Source: Sphyrna mokarran
Taxonomy: Eukaryota
Length of the DNA stretch: 64,000 nucleotides
Assembly: GCA_024679065.1 (NCBI GenBank)
Contig: JAGIQG010000016.1
Location: forward strand, 50,468,001-50,532,000
Direction of reading: 5' to 3'
Shown: positions 48,850 to 61,947 of the stretch, piece by piece
Layout of the letters: each line of letters starts with the position of its first letter
Position numbering within the stretch: position 1 is the stretch's first letter
Notes under the pieces: generated by a model
Databases searched by the model: none
What the model was told of the DNA's origin: nothing
Seen by the model: the letters and a program-made list of their open reading frames with translations, nothing else
Translations under genes and position numbers: made by a program

Positions 48850-49215
48850 AAGAAGGTTAAGAGGTGATATAATAGAGGCATATGAGATGATCAGAGTATC
48901 ACATAAGGTAGACTGTGACAGCCTTTTTCCTTGGATGGAGGTTGCTAGCACGAGGGGACATAGCTTTAAATTGAGAGGTGATAGATATAGGACAGATGTC
49001 AGAGGTAAGCTCTTTACTCAGACAGTAGTAAGGACATGGAATGCCCTGTCTGCAACAGTAGTGGATTTACCAACATTAAGAGCATTTAAATGGTCATTGG
49101 ATAAACATATGTATAATATTGGAATAGTGTAGGTTAGGTGGGCGTTAGATTGATTTCACAGGCCGGCACAACATCGAAGGCCAAAGGGCCTATACTGCAC
49201 TGTGATGTTCTATGA
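48850..49215 (+). mobile_element. CR1 (HER1-type) LINE 3' end
   Basis: DSLFPWMEVASTRGHSFKLRGDRYRTDVRG..FTQ.VV..WNAL, with tail caacatcgaaggccaaagggcctatactgcactgtgatgttctatg. Confidence 0.95.
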
Positions 49216-49912
49216 ACCATCCAACAGAACTGATTAGTAAGATGAGCATGAGCAATTAGTCCTCTTGCATCAACAGGAAGCTTCAGACATGCTGGGATTG
49301 GCCGTTGTGTCCCCAGAAGCAATCTGCTGATTGCGAAGGGGACAAAGGACATATCTATTGGACCTACTGTGAATCTTGTGAGACAGGAGATCAGGGGCAA
49401 ACCAGTGATGCCAACAATGCATTCTTCCTCCTCTGGCTCCATAGAGAAGCAAATTTAAAAAAAATAACAATGGCTTGGTTGTTGTTCACCTGACAAAACT
49501 GGAGCACATAGAAATCAGTATCAGAAATCGGAAGTAGGTCGCTGATTTGCAATGGGCCTGAAGCAGGTACGCTGAATGTTAGAAGGCAGTTTAATAAATA
49601 TAGCATGTGATACATGCCTAGTGCAGAATTTAAATCACGCACATCACATGCCCTTCACATCCAATTTCTAGGCCATGTTTTTTTTTGCAGCAAGAGCATA
49701 ACACCATGTAATGCATAAATGATTATGCTGTTTCTGAAGTGGAATTCTACATAATCTGCCATATCGCTAGACTAATTGTGATAAATAGGTATTTCCTGAG
49801 GTCAATTAAAGGGTATTTTCTGTTGTTGGATAAGTTTCTCTGCAATTATCAGGAAATGATTAGTGTTCTCTTACTTTTATTACCAAATCTTGTTATTACA
49901 CATGACACGCAT

Positions 49913-50235
49913 GGTCGGCATCGATGCAAAATAGCTGGCACTGCTGCCTCACAGTGCCAGTGACCTAAATTTAATTCCTAGCTTGGGTCACTGTCTGTGT
50001 AGAGTTTGTACATTGTCCTCATGTCTGCATGGGTTTCCTCCAGGTGCTCCAGTTACCTACCCCAGTCCAAAGATGTGTGGGTTAGATGGATTGGCCATGC
50101 TAAATTATCTGTTAGTGTCAAGGGATCTAGCTAGAGTAAATGCATAGGATTATGCGGATAGGGCAAGGGTGGGATTGTGGTCGGTGTAGCCTTGATGGGC
50201 CAAATGGCCGCTTTCTACACTGTAGAATTCTATGT
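49913..50235 (+). mobile_element. full-length HE1-type V-SINE
   Basis: gcactgctgcctcacagtgccag...gggtttcctccaggtgctccag...gatgggccaaatggcc...tgtagaattctatg. Confidence 0.9.
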
Positions 50236-50569
50236 GCGTGAAAAATATGATGGCCACTTCCCCCGCCGGAATATTACAGATTTGCTTAGCACAACCCACG
50301 TTGAGACTTGCTCGCTAAAATTGAATTTCTTGTATGTCACTAATACTGTAAATAAATAACTAAACTGCAATTCTAAGTTTTATTATATTTTTGAATGGGG
50401 TGCATCTTTTAAAGTATAACTGGTAATGTTAGACATGCTCAACAGCAGGACAAAGTAACGAGTAAAATATCTAGTAAAATAATATAAAGGAAGCACTGCA
50501 ACAGCTTAACAAATTTACTTTGATGACTTTTTTATCGTTAGTACAATTCACATTACAAGTTGATGTGTT

Positions 50570-50870
50570 AGAAGTGTTTAAAAGTACAACAGATGCGACA
50601 GGGTAGATAGGAGCAGGCTTTTCTACTAGCTGATGGTTGAGGGATCAATAATGAGGGTCCATGGTAGATCACTCAATGTAAGAAATTAGAATTAATGGCA
50701 GGGAAAACATTTTTGCACAAATCATTACAAGACTGTGCAATTCATACCTGGGCTGTGGATGAAGCAGAACCTGTGAAGATTAGATTATATATAGATGGAT
50801 AAAGGGATGTAGGAAAGGTGTAATGTGATTAGAACTATTTATGTCAATAAAGGTGTTAAGAGTTCACCTT
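50570..50870 (+). mobile_element. old CR1 3' remnant
   Basis: gacagggtagataggagcaggcttttctac...atgagggtccat...ttttgcacaaa, a decayed version of 48880-49100. Confidence 0.55.
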
Positions 50871-51149
50871 GTTGGCAAATTTGTATAATTAATCAGACTT
50901 ACATTTTCAAGTTGTACTGTTATATAAGCTGAGTCTTAAAGTCTTAATTCGTATGCATTGTTGGGATGGTTCACGAATTTTGGGGTATTTGTTAAGCAAG
51001 TCGTAATGTTGGCAGCTCTTTAAGTTCAACATAATATAATGTTCCAAGACTCTCCACAGATTCTCAAACAAAATTGGACATGGCTCACCACTGGCCACGG
51101 ATGGCAATTTGTATGGTTTGCCTATCTCTGCTGTTGGTGAACCCATGGC

Positions 51150-51452
51150 AGAATCATAGAATCCCAACAGTACGGAAGGAAATTTGGCCCATTGAGCCTG
51201 CATTGACAACAATCCCATGCAATCTCTAACCTCCTAACTCCATGTATTTACCCTACTAGTCCCCCTGACACTAAGGGGCAATTTACCAATCCACCTAAGC
51301 TGCACATCTTTGAAGTGCAGGAGGAAACCAGAGCGCCTGGAGGAAACTCATGCAGACACAGAGAGAACGTGCAAACTCCTCACAGTCATCTGAGGTCAGA
51401 ATTGAACCTGGGTCCCTGAGTCTCTGGTACTGTGAGGCAGCAGTGCTAACTT
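51150..51452 (-). mobile_element. HE1-type V-SINE inserted in a MITE (about 51055-51508)
   Basis: agaatcatagaatcccaacag...ccccctgacactaaggggcaattt...tgtgaggcagcagtgctaac, with the MITE end ggaaaatcccagcc. Confidence 0.88.
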
Positions 51453-52689
51453 CGACCTCAACGGGACCTGAAAATCCTGCTGGCAGGAGGGGCCGGAAAA
51501 TCCCAGCCTGAGAATGAACAATAGAGATAATTTTACCAATGCCATTTACATTCCAAGAATAAAGAAAAACACAATTATTGCCTTCGACTGGTGCTTAACC
51601 TTTCACTAAATAACAGCCCCAAATTGAACCTGTGAAGCAGTTTCTATTACATACTGCCTTATTTCACTCTCCCTTGCACAATAAAGTAAGAACTACAATG
51701 TGCTCTTGTTAGGGAGTACAGTATAACTGATTTCCCTCTGTTGTTCCTACCACTTATTATTTCACATTACACTTAAGTCAGCTGGATGTGAGACCAATGT
51801 AACACTAGAACTAATGGACTGCAAAACTACGCACTTAACCCAAAATTACAATTATTATTGTACATTTAGCCCAACAGGTTTTGACAGAAATGAATGGAGG
51901 AAAATGTCGGGTTATCTTTAAACAAAAACTGAACATCAGAATAGCTACTTTGCCAGCTGAAATGGGACAGATCATGCCACGATTTTACATCAAACCGTAT
52001 AGTTCACCTAATTTCTTTTGAAATTCCAGCTTGTTAAAGAAAGAATAGTTTCTCCAAGTTAACAGCTTCAAAATAAGCTGTGGCCATGGTAAAAGCTGGT
52101 GAATTACAACAAGCTGCCACTCAAAAACCTTTCCAAGCAGCAGCAAGATCAATTAATGGATAGAGTTTTCACTGCCAAGGCAAGGGGCAGAGTTATGAGT
52201 GAAACTGAGTCAGGATTATGATAAAATGCTGCCCATTTCCAGGTTCCACCGGGACAGATTTGCAGGTGAGCAGGGAAGTCTGCTTGCAGCTGTCAGTTAA
52301 GTAAGTGTCATGTGCAAATAGGTGATTAATTGCTGTTTTAGCCAATCATTCTTGTTTAACAGCCAGCATACCTGAGCTGTCAGCAACAGCCCAGAGTCAA
52401 CCAATTTAGTACTGCTTCAGTGAAACTGCGAAGCTGGAAAGCTTTGCACAGTGAAACTAGAAAGCTTCAGCCATGCCAGGTAGGAGGCTATTGTTCAAAC
52501 ACTTCTCTTGGGAGGGTGCTTTCATTGCTTGACAGGCGATTGCAAACTTTTTCAATATTGGTTGGTTCACTCTGTCACCTCGTTTTTCCTGGTGTCAGTC
52601 GGCACCCTGAGGTCATCATCAACAGCAGTCCCAGCTGCCTTCTTCTCTGTCACAGTCAATTCCGATGGGCTGAGGGAATAGACACAAAG

Positions 52690-52890
52690 ATGTAGTTCAA
52701 AAGGGACGCTGTGTCCAGAGGCAGACAGAGGATAAACTCTTTTGATATGTCTGAGCACCAGTTCCTTGTGAGGCTTAGGTTTTCATAGCGGATCACTGAT
52801 GGCATCTTAGTCAACCTCCTGGAACAAGACCTTCTTCCCAGTGGACCAGGTAGGAATGCTGATGCTGTGGCAGAATTAAAGAGCCACACC
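52690..52890 (+). pseudogene. HARBI1-type transposase N-terminal remnant within a Harbinger relic (about 52180-52980)
   Basis: RQRINSFDMSEHQFLVRLRFS*...LLEQDLLPSGPGRNADAVA matches the DMSExQCxxRLRxS...LLxxDLLPxGxGxxALPVA pattern. Confidence 0.7.
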
Positions 52891-53062
52891 AAAGCCCACT
52901 CCAGCAGTAATCAAACTCTTAAGGTAGGTACAGGTCTTCCCATTTCGCTTATGACCAGCAACTTAAAATTCCAACCAACAACTCAAAATCAAAATTTTCT
53001 TTATACAGATTAAGCAAGTACAAAGGTTTCTGTTTTGAATTAACATTTTTTTCTTGAATTTT

Positions 53063-53250
53063 GCTGAAAAGAGTCATGTTGCTGAAGCCGTTTGTCTTGC
53101 ACTCATCAGATAAAATGCAAGAATGTCAAATTTCAAAGGATCACAACAATTTAATAGTACAGGAAAAAATGAGTGTTGATTGATTAAGATGTTGACTCTG
53201 ACTGACAGAATGATGCCATGGAGGAAGCATTCTTACTGTATTGAACAAAG
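53063..53250. mobile_element. Penelope-type terminal fragment
   Basis: gagtcatgttgctgaagccgtttgtcttgcactcatcag...caagaatgtcaaatttcaaagg. Tentative. Confidence 0.4.
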
Positions 53251-53869
53251 ATCCTCTTAGTCAGTCTCTGTCTTTCCTCTTGTGACATCCATTTCTATAT
53301 TTGCTTTGCAGTCTCTGTGTGAGTCATTCTAAGAATATGACAGAAGTGGGTCTATTTTCTCTTTAAAGCTGCTTCAAAGAGTTATGTAATCTTTACTGAT
53401 TAACTACACTTTCATTAGTCACTTTGCTAAACATTTAGATATTAACAAAGTGCTGCAGGTATCTAGACGAGATGCTGTTGAATTTCTTTTGGATGTTTTT
53501 GTTAGATTACTACATTTCTGATCCATATCAATGCACAGTCAGCACATTGCCCTTCAAAATTCTTAGTTCTGTTCTTTTTCTCCAATCGCACTAGCTTTTC
53601 TCTTGTGAACTTTGACATCTAACATGCAATCTCCATTGTCCAAACACACTGTCCAAATAACTGTAAAAATGTCAAGTTTGCAACACTTAATCTGCCAGGT
53701 GCAGTTCTTACTCAGAGTCTACCTTAACTTTCACAACATGAGTTTCGCACCACGAATAAAAACCTGATTTCTTGAGCTGTATCTGCACATTTGTTCATCT
53801 TTCACATCTCATCCATATATTTTTATTAGTGAGACAGATGTTATCTGCAAAGTATGGGTCTCCAAGTTT

Positions 53870-54965
53870 CAGGCCCCACTGGTTCAGACAATGCCTCATT
53901 TGCATCACAAAATCAATCTTAATAGAATTAGGATAGCCTTCTAAATGCTTCATTAAGAAACTGAGCTTTCAGAAGGATTAAAAGCAGAGAGAAATGAGAA
54001 GGACAAAGGTATTAGGGAAAAGAGTTGCAGAGAATAGGACTACCAAATCATGTCAATGAAGAATCAGAAAATCTACAGAGTGGCTTAGGGCCATTTGGTC
54101 CATTGAGACTGCACTGACAACAATCTCACCCAGGTCCTATCCTCACATATTTATCCTCCTAATCCCCCTGACATTAAGGGGCAATTTATTATGGCCAGTC
54201 AATTTAACCCACACATACTTGGATTGTGGAAAAGTAGAGCACTGGAGGAACACACGCAAACAAGAGGAGAATGTGCAAACTCCGTACAGTCAGTCACCCA
54301 AGGCCGGAATTGAACACAGGTCCCTGGTGCTGTGAGAAACTGTCACCGTGAGGTGAAAGGCAGTCGGGATATATATGTGATGGAGGACTGCAGGCTGGAA
54401 GAATCTGTTGAGATCATGGCGACATTTAAGGATAGGAACCAGTATAATAAATCTATTACATCAGAGAGGGGGAAGTCAATGCAGTCAGCAAAGAGAGTGG
54501 AAATGGGAAAGTGGACTTTGTAACAAGTCAGTATTTATTTAGAACTTTGAGCACAATAGAGGTTATGGAGTTTGCTGGTGGGATCTGCAGCTAAGCTGTG
54601 GTTAGAATAGGGCACCAACTTTCTGTGTGATCTGTTTAAACCTGACCAAGTCTCATACAATGATAGGAAGATGGTATCAATAGCAAGGGAACAGAATTTA
54701 CAGTAGGGACTGGAAACCATGGCTTTGGTCTTCCAATGTCTAATTAAAGTAAGAAGAGTCATGTCGGACTCAAACTGTTTAGTCTGTCTTTCTGTCTCCA
54801 TAGATGCTGCCAAACCCACTTGAGTTTTTTTCAGTACTTAAAATTTTGCTTTTATAATTAAAGTAAGTGTTAATTTATCCATGATCTGATATTGGACAGA
54901 CAGCTTAACAGTATAGAAGTCATTGCAAAGCCAGCAAAGATGGTGGAGAGATAGAGCCAAGTATT
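53870..54965 (-). mobile_element. decayed L2-type LINE interrupted by an HE1 SINE and a Penelope fragment
   Basis: Purine-rich antisense ORF2 (atggctttggtcttccaatg...atggtggagagatagagc), similar to 24120-24530. Confidence 0.55.
54062..54350 (-). mobile_element. HE1-type V-SINE
   Basis: ccatttggtccattgag...atccccctgacattaaggggcaattt...cacccaaggccggaattgaac. Confidence 0.88.
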
Positions 54966-55062
54966 CTGGGATAGTTATCAGTTTTCTCTTTGTTGAAATT
55001 TATTTAGCTTTCCTCTCTACATTATTCCTGTCATCCTTTGATCATAATTTCCTCATACACAA

Positions 55063-55470
55063 GTTGGCATGGTGCTACTCTTGTCTCTGAGTAAGAAGGT
55101 TATAGCTTCAAGTCCCACTGCACAACTTTTGAACCCTATCCTAAACTGGCATGAGTAAGCACTGTTAGTTGCAGTTGTAATTTTTTGGACGTCAGATTCA
55201 ATCAAGGTTCAATCCATAAAACATCCAAAAGCACTATTTCAAGAAGAGCAGGAGAATTCTCCTAGTAACTGAGAAAAATATTATTCTTCAACCAATATCA
55301 CAAAAATAGATGATGATTAAACTCATTGCTTTTTGTGGGACCTTGATAAGTTCATATTGGCTGAGATGTTTACTAACATAATAATCTAAAATAATTCAAT
55401 GAGGTAAAATTTTGAGATTGGCTCGAAATCTAGAAAAGATCTATATACATGCAAATGTCTTTCTCTTCTT
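55063..55470 (+). mobile_element. Deu-domain SINE (SacSINE1/AmnSINE1 superfamily)
   Basis: tRNA-like head ctctgagtaagaaggtt...ttcaagtcccact, Deu core gcactatttcaagaagagcaggagaattctcc...tcaaccaatatcac...cattgctttttgtgggaccttg, and L2-like tail ctatatacatgcaaatgtctttc. Confidence 0.8.
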
Positions 55471-56687
55471 CACTTTAAGTTGCTACACTGTGAGACTTTG
55501 TTTTTGCTTCTCGATAGAAATAAGTTGGTATTTACCTTGTGAAACATATTTAAACTCAACAGCAATCTGTATTAGCAGCACCTTTAGTTCAGGAAATATC
55601 CCAAAACCATTCTCAGTTACTCCTATGTACATCAGTTTCTAATAGATACTTTATAGTATCAGGACAACATTTTAATGGAATGGGAAGTTAAAATTGGCTG
55701 CATGGTTTACTTGTTAATGTCCCAACTGGATCTCGTCATTTTAAAACTTAAAAACAGAGGTTGCAAGAAGTTAGGTAGTTCCTTCTTTAAATCTGCATTG
55801 TAATAAAATCATGCTTTGTGAAAAATGACTTTACAAATTTACAGGCTAGAAACCACTAATTGAATTTTCATAATGACTAATTCCAATGACTTGAACTCAC
55901 AATCAAAAATGGCTGGTCATTTATGTCACTCTGGCCGAAATTTCCCATCTTGCCCACTGCAGGAAGTGTAGCGGGCGAGACAGAAAATTCTGCCGATCAC
56001 GTAAAGGTTTGCTGAATTTGGACAGGAATTTCCAGGCTTGGAGCGCATGCAATCGGAAAGTCTCACCTTCCAGCTTTTCCATTCCAAAGCCATTGATGTG
56101 AAGACTGGTCATTCAACTGGGTGAAGACAATCCAGTAGATATAATTACTTTGAAATTTTGACACTAGTGATGGACATAATCTAATCATGTAAGGCTAGCA
56201 ACTAGAATCCACAAAATGTGACCAAATTTGAATCACTGAGCAGTTGGAAAGAGAGAGTCCTGAGACAACACAACTAACCCTTTGTGTGTTTGAGCACTTG
56301 CTTTTTTTTTGTAGACCAGAGCACAAGCAAATGAGACGCTAGAGGTGCAAGACTTTGAGTGGATTCCCTCTTTCCATCCAACTCGCCAGTTTTGAATCCA
56401 GGCCCATCATTCTGGCCTGACCAGAAAGAAGATTCCAGATCTGAAGCTAAAGCAAGTATTTTTACTTTCCTTGTTGGAATAGGAAGAACATAGGAACTCT
56501 TCCTGGCTCACTTAGGAAGGTTTAAGGTTCTCCTAACTCAAACTCACTACAACAACTGACCTGCTGGGAGACTATCCTGAACAGATCTCCCTATGATGTA
56601 CCCTCCTGCAGGCAAGCCTCTCTTCTATTTAAACTTCCATTCTTGCTTACCAGACGGCTGTCGGCTTTTTGCACGCTTCAGTTTTTA

Positions 56688-56930
56688 AAAAAATTCATTC
56701 ATGGGACATAGACATTACTGGCTGGCCAGCATTTGTTGCCTATTCCCTAGCTGTCCTTGGAGGGCAGTTGAGAGTCAACCACATTGCTGTGGCTCTGGAG
56801 TCACAAATAGGCCAGACTAGGTAAGAACGGAGATTTCCTTCCCTGAAGGACATTAGTGAACCAGATGGGGTTTTTCGACAATTGACAATGGTTTCATTGT
56901 TATCAATAGATTCTTAATTCCAGATATTTA
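56688..56930 (-). mobile_element. partial copy of the SINE at 566-916
   Basis: Shared agttgagagtcaaccacattgctgtggctctggagtcaca...aaggacattagtga.ccagatggg. Confidence 0.85.
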
Positions 56931-57356
56931 AGCAGTTGAGCAGCAGAGCAGTGGCAAGCAGATGAAGTTCAGCAGTTAAAGTCTCCCAGGCTCATGACAC
57001 CAAAGTTGGGAGTGTAGTAGAATGGGTAGGGAGCATCCAAACAGAGGTGTTCAGGACTTGATCCAATGCCCAAGTGAATCCAATTCCAGGTTACAAGAGT
57101 GACTATAGATACCTCAAAATGTTTAAATTATGTATTTTATAATCTTTCTTAGTTATAGCTACCCCTCTCTGAGTCTATCCGTCCCCTCTGAAGATATTTT
57201 TCTTTCCACTGAAATTAATTCCTATTATTTTCCTGATTTTCCTTCTTTATTTTGCACTTTCTACTTATGTCCAATATGTCCTTCTCTCTCAACTTCTCTG
57301 AACTTCTGTTTTTTACTGTAACCAGTGCTGGTTGTGTGTCTAATAAGGTTATATTC

Positions 57357-57632
57357 TGGCACCGCAACGGCACAGTGGTTAGCACTGCTGCCTTACAGTG
57401 CCAGGGACTCAGGTTCAATTTCCTGTTTGAGTAACTGTGCAAAATCTGCATGTTCTTCTGTATCTCCGTGGGTTTCCTCCGGGTGCTCTGTTTCCTCCCA
57501 CAAGTCCGAAAGATGTGCTGATTAGGTGCATTGGCCAAGCAAATGGATGCCAGAGTATGGCAATTAGGAGATTTTCATAGTAAATTCATTGCAGTATTAA
57601 TGTAAGCCTACTTGTGACATCAATAAATAAAC
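57357..57632 (+). mobile_element. V-SINE with tail B
   Basis: ggcacagtggttagcactgctgcc...ttcattgcagtattaatgtaagcctacttgtgacatcaataaataaa. Confidence 0.9.
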
Positions 57633-58828
57633 CTTAAACCAATTCATCATGTTATGTATATTTATAAGTGTTTCTTCAAATTCAGTACAGCTAATGCGGT
57701 ATAAGGAAATGACTGTCATAAGAAAGGTACAGTCGATCCCAGTAGTGTTATTTTTGGATTCTGTGCTGGCCTCTGACAGTACTTATGCAGAACATGATGT
57801 TGTTGTGAATTTGTACGTTCAGAATATCATTTCCAGTTTGTGCCCAAACGTCTGGAATGAGCTGCTGACAGGTGACGCTGCCTGAAGTTGAAAAGTCATC
57901 CTTTCAGTTTAAAAATTCTGAGTTACACGTATTATAAGGTCACTAGAAGACTATTTCACTTTTGTGTTTGCTAGTGTTAAAATGTTGCCATGATTAGAAA
58001 AAGGACAGGGGTCAGGGTTAAAGGTCAACAGTCACCAGTCTGAGGTTACTAAACCATTACATGCCTCTCAGTCCTACTTAATTAAAGATGTTACACTCTG
58101 TCAACAGGAAGAGTAAGATTATTTCTGCACCACATGGGAGAGGCACTGAAACCACTGAGTTATTATGTACGCTTTTAGGGCAAATCAATTCATTCTATTT
58201 TACAGGATTAGCATGATAGTAGGCCTGATTTTTCCTTTTCTTTGGTCATGCGTCTACTCTGAATTTTGATCTCATAAGCAAGGGCAACTGGCTAAAGCAG
58301 TGGGCCGTCTCAAATTCCTCCCGAATGTATCCTCCCCTGAGTAACATCATGAGGCTCACAAAGGGAGAAATAGCAGTCCAAGCTCTTTTATTAATGGAAA
58401 TCATTAATTTAAACATGTATCTTTGAGAGATAAGGGCAAGAAGCACTTATTGGTGACACAAACAGAAAAGGTATTATTGCATTGCATGAAATGTTTTCTA
58501 ATTCCTCTGCTGGGCAGGATGTAGTACTTTAGGTAGAAATCTTGATTTTTGGCCAAATTTATGCCAGTGCTGGGAAGCTCATAAACAGCTGAATGCTGAT
58601 TTTCTTTGAAGTAAAATGTGTCAGTTCTATTAAATTACTGTGCTGTATGGAATAAAAATGCTTTTCCAGTTTCCCATCTCATCACTTTAAATGCTTGAAT
58701 ACATTAATCTCTTCTCGAATGCATTCTCTAGTGAAAATGAGTCCGGTTCTGCCTCTCTTCATAACTTAATGCCCTATGCACAGGGAAGATGCTAGTCAGC
58801 TTCCATCGATTCCTCTTCAAAGAAACAG

Positions 58829-59743
58829 TGGGTGGAATTCTTCCATTTTGACAGTGTGTGTGGTGGGATTTTACTGCCTTGCTCATCCCAAAACTGTAAA
58901 ATCCTATCTGAGGTCAATGAACCTTTCCATGGTCCGTTCCCTCACCTGCTCTGATTCCCATGGCAGGCAGGGCGGTAAAATTCCGGCCTCTGCGTGGCAG
59001 GTAGTTCCAGTGGCGCCTGTCCCAGTGACCAGAATAGCAAGATCCAGCGCCAGACTCTGCTTGGAAACTCATTAATTATGCACAAGCAAGTCTCCTCCAA
59101 TGCTCCTGGCAGGCTGGCAGCTGATTCATGTGCCTGCCCTCAGCTTCCAGGGTTGAAGGTCCCAACGCCACATGCAATCACCAGTCCAGCACACTCATAC
59201 CACTCTCTCCAACCACCTGTCTTCACCAGACCATGCAGGATGTCAGCAACCCAGAAGGAAAAGGCTCACAGTTTCAGTAAGTCTGTTCTTTGATTCATAC
59301 ACCCTTCTCCCAAGCCCATCACCCACGAGGTGCGCAGCGCAGCATCCAGGCAGTAAGCAGTTGCACTCATCTTGAAGTCTCTGGTACACTGTGGACTGCC
59401 TTTAACATACTCAGTAAGAGTCTGGCAACACCATTTTTAACACACTCCCCATCAGCTCATTTGATATCGCCATAAATTCTTGTTGTCATGAATCAAAGAT
59501 TGAAAGGCCTGACAGGAAGGCGGTAGGGGCAGTTATTTTATGAGATGCAAATGAATGCAAATGGCGTTGACGCCATCAGCTAGTGGGACATGCAACACTC
59601 CATTAATCCACTATAGGGATATTTGCAATGTGATCTACTCTGACTTTTTGACTCCCACAAATTTCCGACTTTTCGGCTCCCGCAAATTTCACTGCGCCCA
59701 CCTGTCACAAAACAAGCTGAAGGCTGGTTGTGAGAATTCTGCC
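58829..59743. mobile_element. Harbinger-type MITE (58829-58989) next to a longer non-autonomous relic
   Basis: GGGTGGAATTCT and AAAATTCCGGCC TIR-like pair, plus a further end GAGAATTCTGCC near 59742. Confidence 0.55.
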
Positions 59744-60249
59744 GAATGTTCCACGAAAAGACTGACCGATATAAGAATGGTGTGCAACACATTAATGGAA
59801 TTAATATATCATTTAGTATTCCTGGCACAGAGATCTCAAAACAAGTGCACATACAGAGAATTTAGATACAAAGATTAGAACATTTAATTTGCGATGAATT
59901 AGCTGCTCTGACCTCCACTCTCAAATGCTTGGTGATTCACTCTTCCAAAGTTCTGCATTGGAAGTTTTAAAATTAAAAAAAAAACCATAGAGTTTTGAAA
60001 ACTTTTTGAATAATGACTCATACCAGAGATATGGCTCTGGATTCTATGTATTATGAATGGACATATTAGCCTAGATTGCACACAATTGTTACTTGAATAC
60101 ATTTAAAATACATAGAGAGATACTGACAAAAATCTGAGGATCCAGTGCATACGAGGTGCAATTCAATGATCTCACAATTCCACGGCATTGAAAACTGAAG
60201 AATCAGGCCCCCATGTTTTACTTATTTTACTAACTCTCCATCTGTTTGA

Positions 60250-60508
60250 ACAGTGGCACAGTGGTTAGCTTTGTTGCCTCACAGCGCCAGCAACCTGGGT
60301 TCAATTCGCAGGCTTGGGTAACAGTTTGGTGGGGTCTGCACATTCTCCCTGTGTCTCCAATGGGATTCCTCTGGGTGGTTCCTCTCGGAATCCGAAAGAG
60401 AGAGGTGCTGGTTAGGTGCATTGACCATGCTAAATTCTCCCTTGGTGTACCTGAACAGATACCACAGCGTGGCCACTGGGGAATTTTCACAGTAACTTCA
60501 TTGCAGTT
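60250..60508 (+). mobile_element. V-SINE with tail B (3'-truncated)
   Basis: cagtggcacagtggttagc...gcctcacagcgccag...ttttcacagtaacttcattgcagt. Confidence 0.88.
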
Positions 60509-60544
60509 TTATCATTTGTATCATGGACTTTGTATCATTGACTT

Positions 60545-61947
60545 TATAAGACCCATGTAGAGGTTCTAGCACTAATAAGGCAGGATACAAACATCCAGAG
60601 TCAGCAAGGACTCAGTGCTTCCAGGTGCTGGTCTCTAGAATGAGCATCTGGGCTCCGTAGAAGTTATGATGGGAATCCTGTGGACCTCATGAAGAAGGTT
60701 TGAACCATTAACTTTTAAGAGTACGAAGGAACTGGATGATCAATTACCATAGCAGTTGTGTGTTAAGGGCAATATTTTTCTTGATACTTGTTTTGGCATC
60801 TAATTGTCTGCTGGCTGAAAAGGGAGATTAAAGTGATAGGATTTGATTGCTTCAATACTTAACAGTCTTTGGTTCTAAAACCTTTCTGGTGTAAGAGAAA
60901 AATCTCCACAATATTATGACATAGGAATTATTCAGACACAATTGTTTTAATAACATAAGGAGACAGTGCATGGAAAAATAGGTACATAGGTTTTGAAAAT
61001 AACTCAGGATGATCGAGCCTTGCTGCCTCTGGATATTCGCACCCTGCCTATCCAGTATTGGCCAGCAATAGGTAAAGACCTGCCTCGCAACAAAAGTAGC
61101 CAGAATTCAAAGGGGATGATGAAAAGCAATAGGGATTAGCAAACAGTCCCTATTGCTAATCCCTACCTAGCAGTAGGGATTAGCAAACAGAATCAAGTGT
61201 AAATAGTAATATCAGGAAACAGCTTATCTAGATGACTAAGAGAGAAGAGGTATACAGATGCTAATTTGAGAGTCATGCAATGTGGGAGATGCAGACAGCC
61301 CAAATATACAAAGGGGAAAATCACAGAGGTTTAATTGCCAGCAATTGCAGATGCAAGTAGGTTGGATTAACATCTCACAACTGAGAGGTCAGTTTAACAA
61401 CTAACAGTCAAGAAGGCATTGTAACATCTAAGAGCTGGAGAGATCAGCTTTGCAGCTAAGAGGCTGAGAAGCAATTGTAACACCTAATAAATCTTAGAGC
61501 CAAGATATTACAGGAACCTTCACAAAGATAGTTTAAATATTTTCACTGAACTAGGAAAAGACATTTTCCAGACTTGATGGTCCATCTTGTAATATGTGGC
61601 AATTATAAGCTGGATTTGATTGGTAGATTTATTTTATTTGGAAGTTGTTTAGGAATGGGAACCCTAAGGTTCAAGAATTGTAGATACATATGTACTTTGG
61701 TACAAGGGATAATTTCTCCACAAACTGTGCGTGTTTAGTATTTTATATATTTAATTGTATTGTAATGTTATAGATTTAATCATGTATATTTGTGTTTTCT
61801 TTCATTTAATAAATAATCTTTGTAATTGTTAACTGGTCTAGTTATTCTTACTGCAGTTTCACTTGACACCTCACTATTCCAAAATGAAAATTATACCAGT
61901 TTCAAGTTGAGATGCCCTCGCAGATAACATCTGTGTGGTTTATGACA
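60545..61947 (+). mobile_element. possible long solo LTR
   Basis: Ends TTATGACA and has a T-rich segment with AATAAA near 61808, similar in organisation to 34915-35790. The left end is uncertain. Confidence 0.35.

Noticed and set aside
57357-57430. tRNA-like A/B boxes (also near 840-916, 38432, 49913, 60250)
   Set aside because: These are SINE heads continuing into SINE bodies, not tRNA genes.
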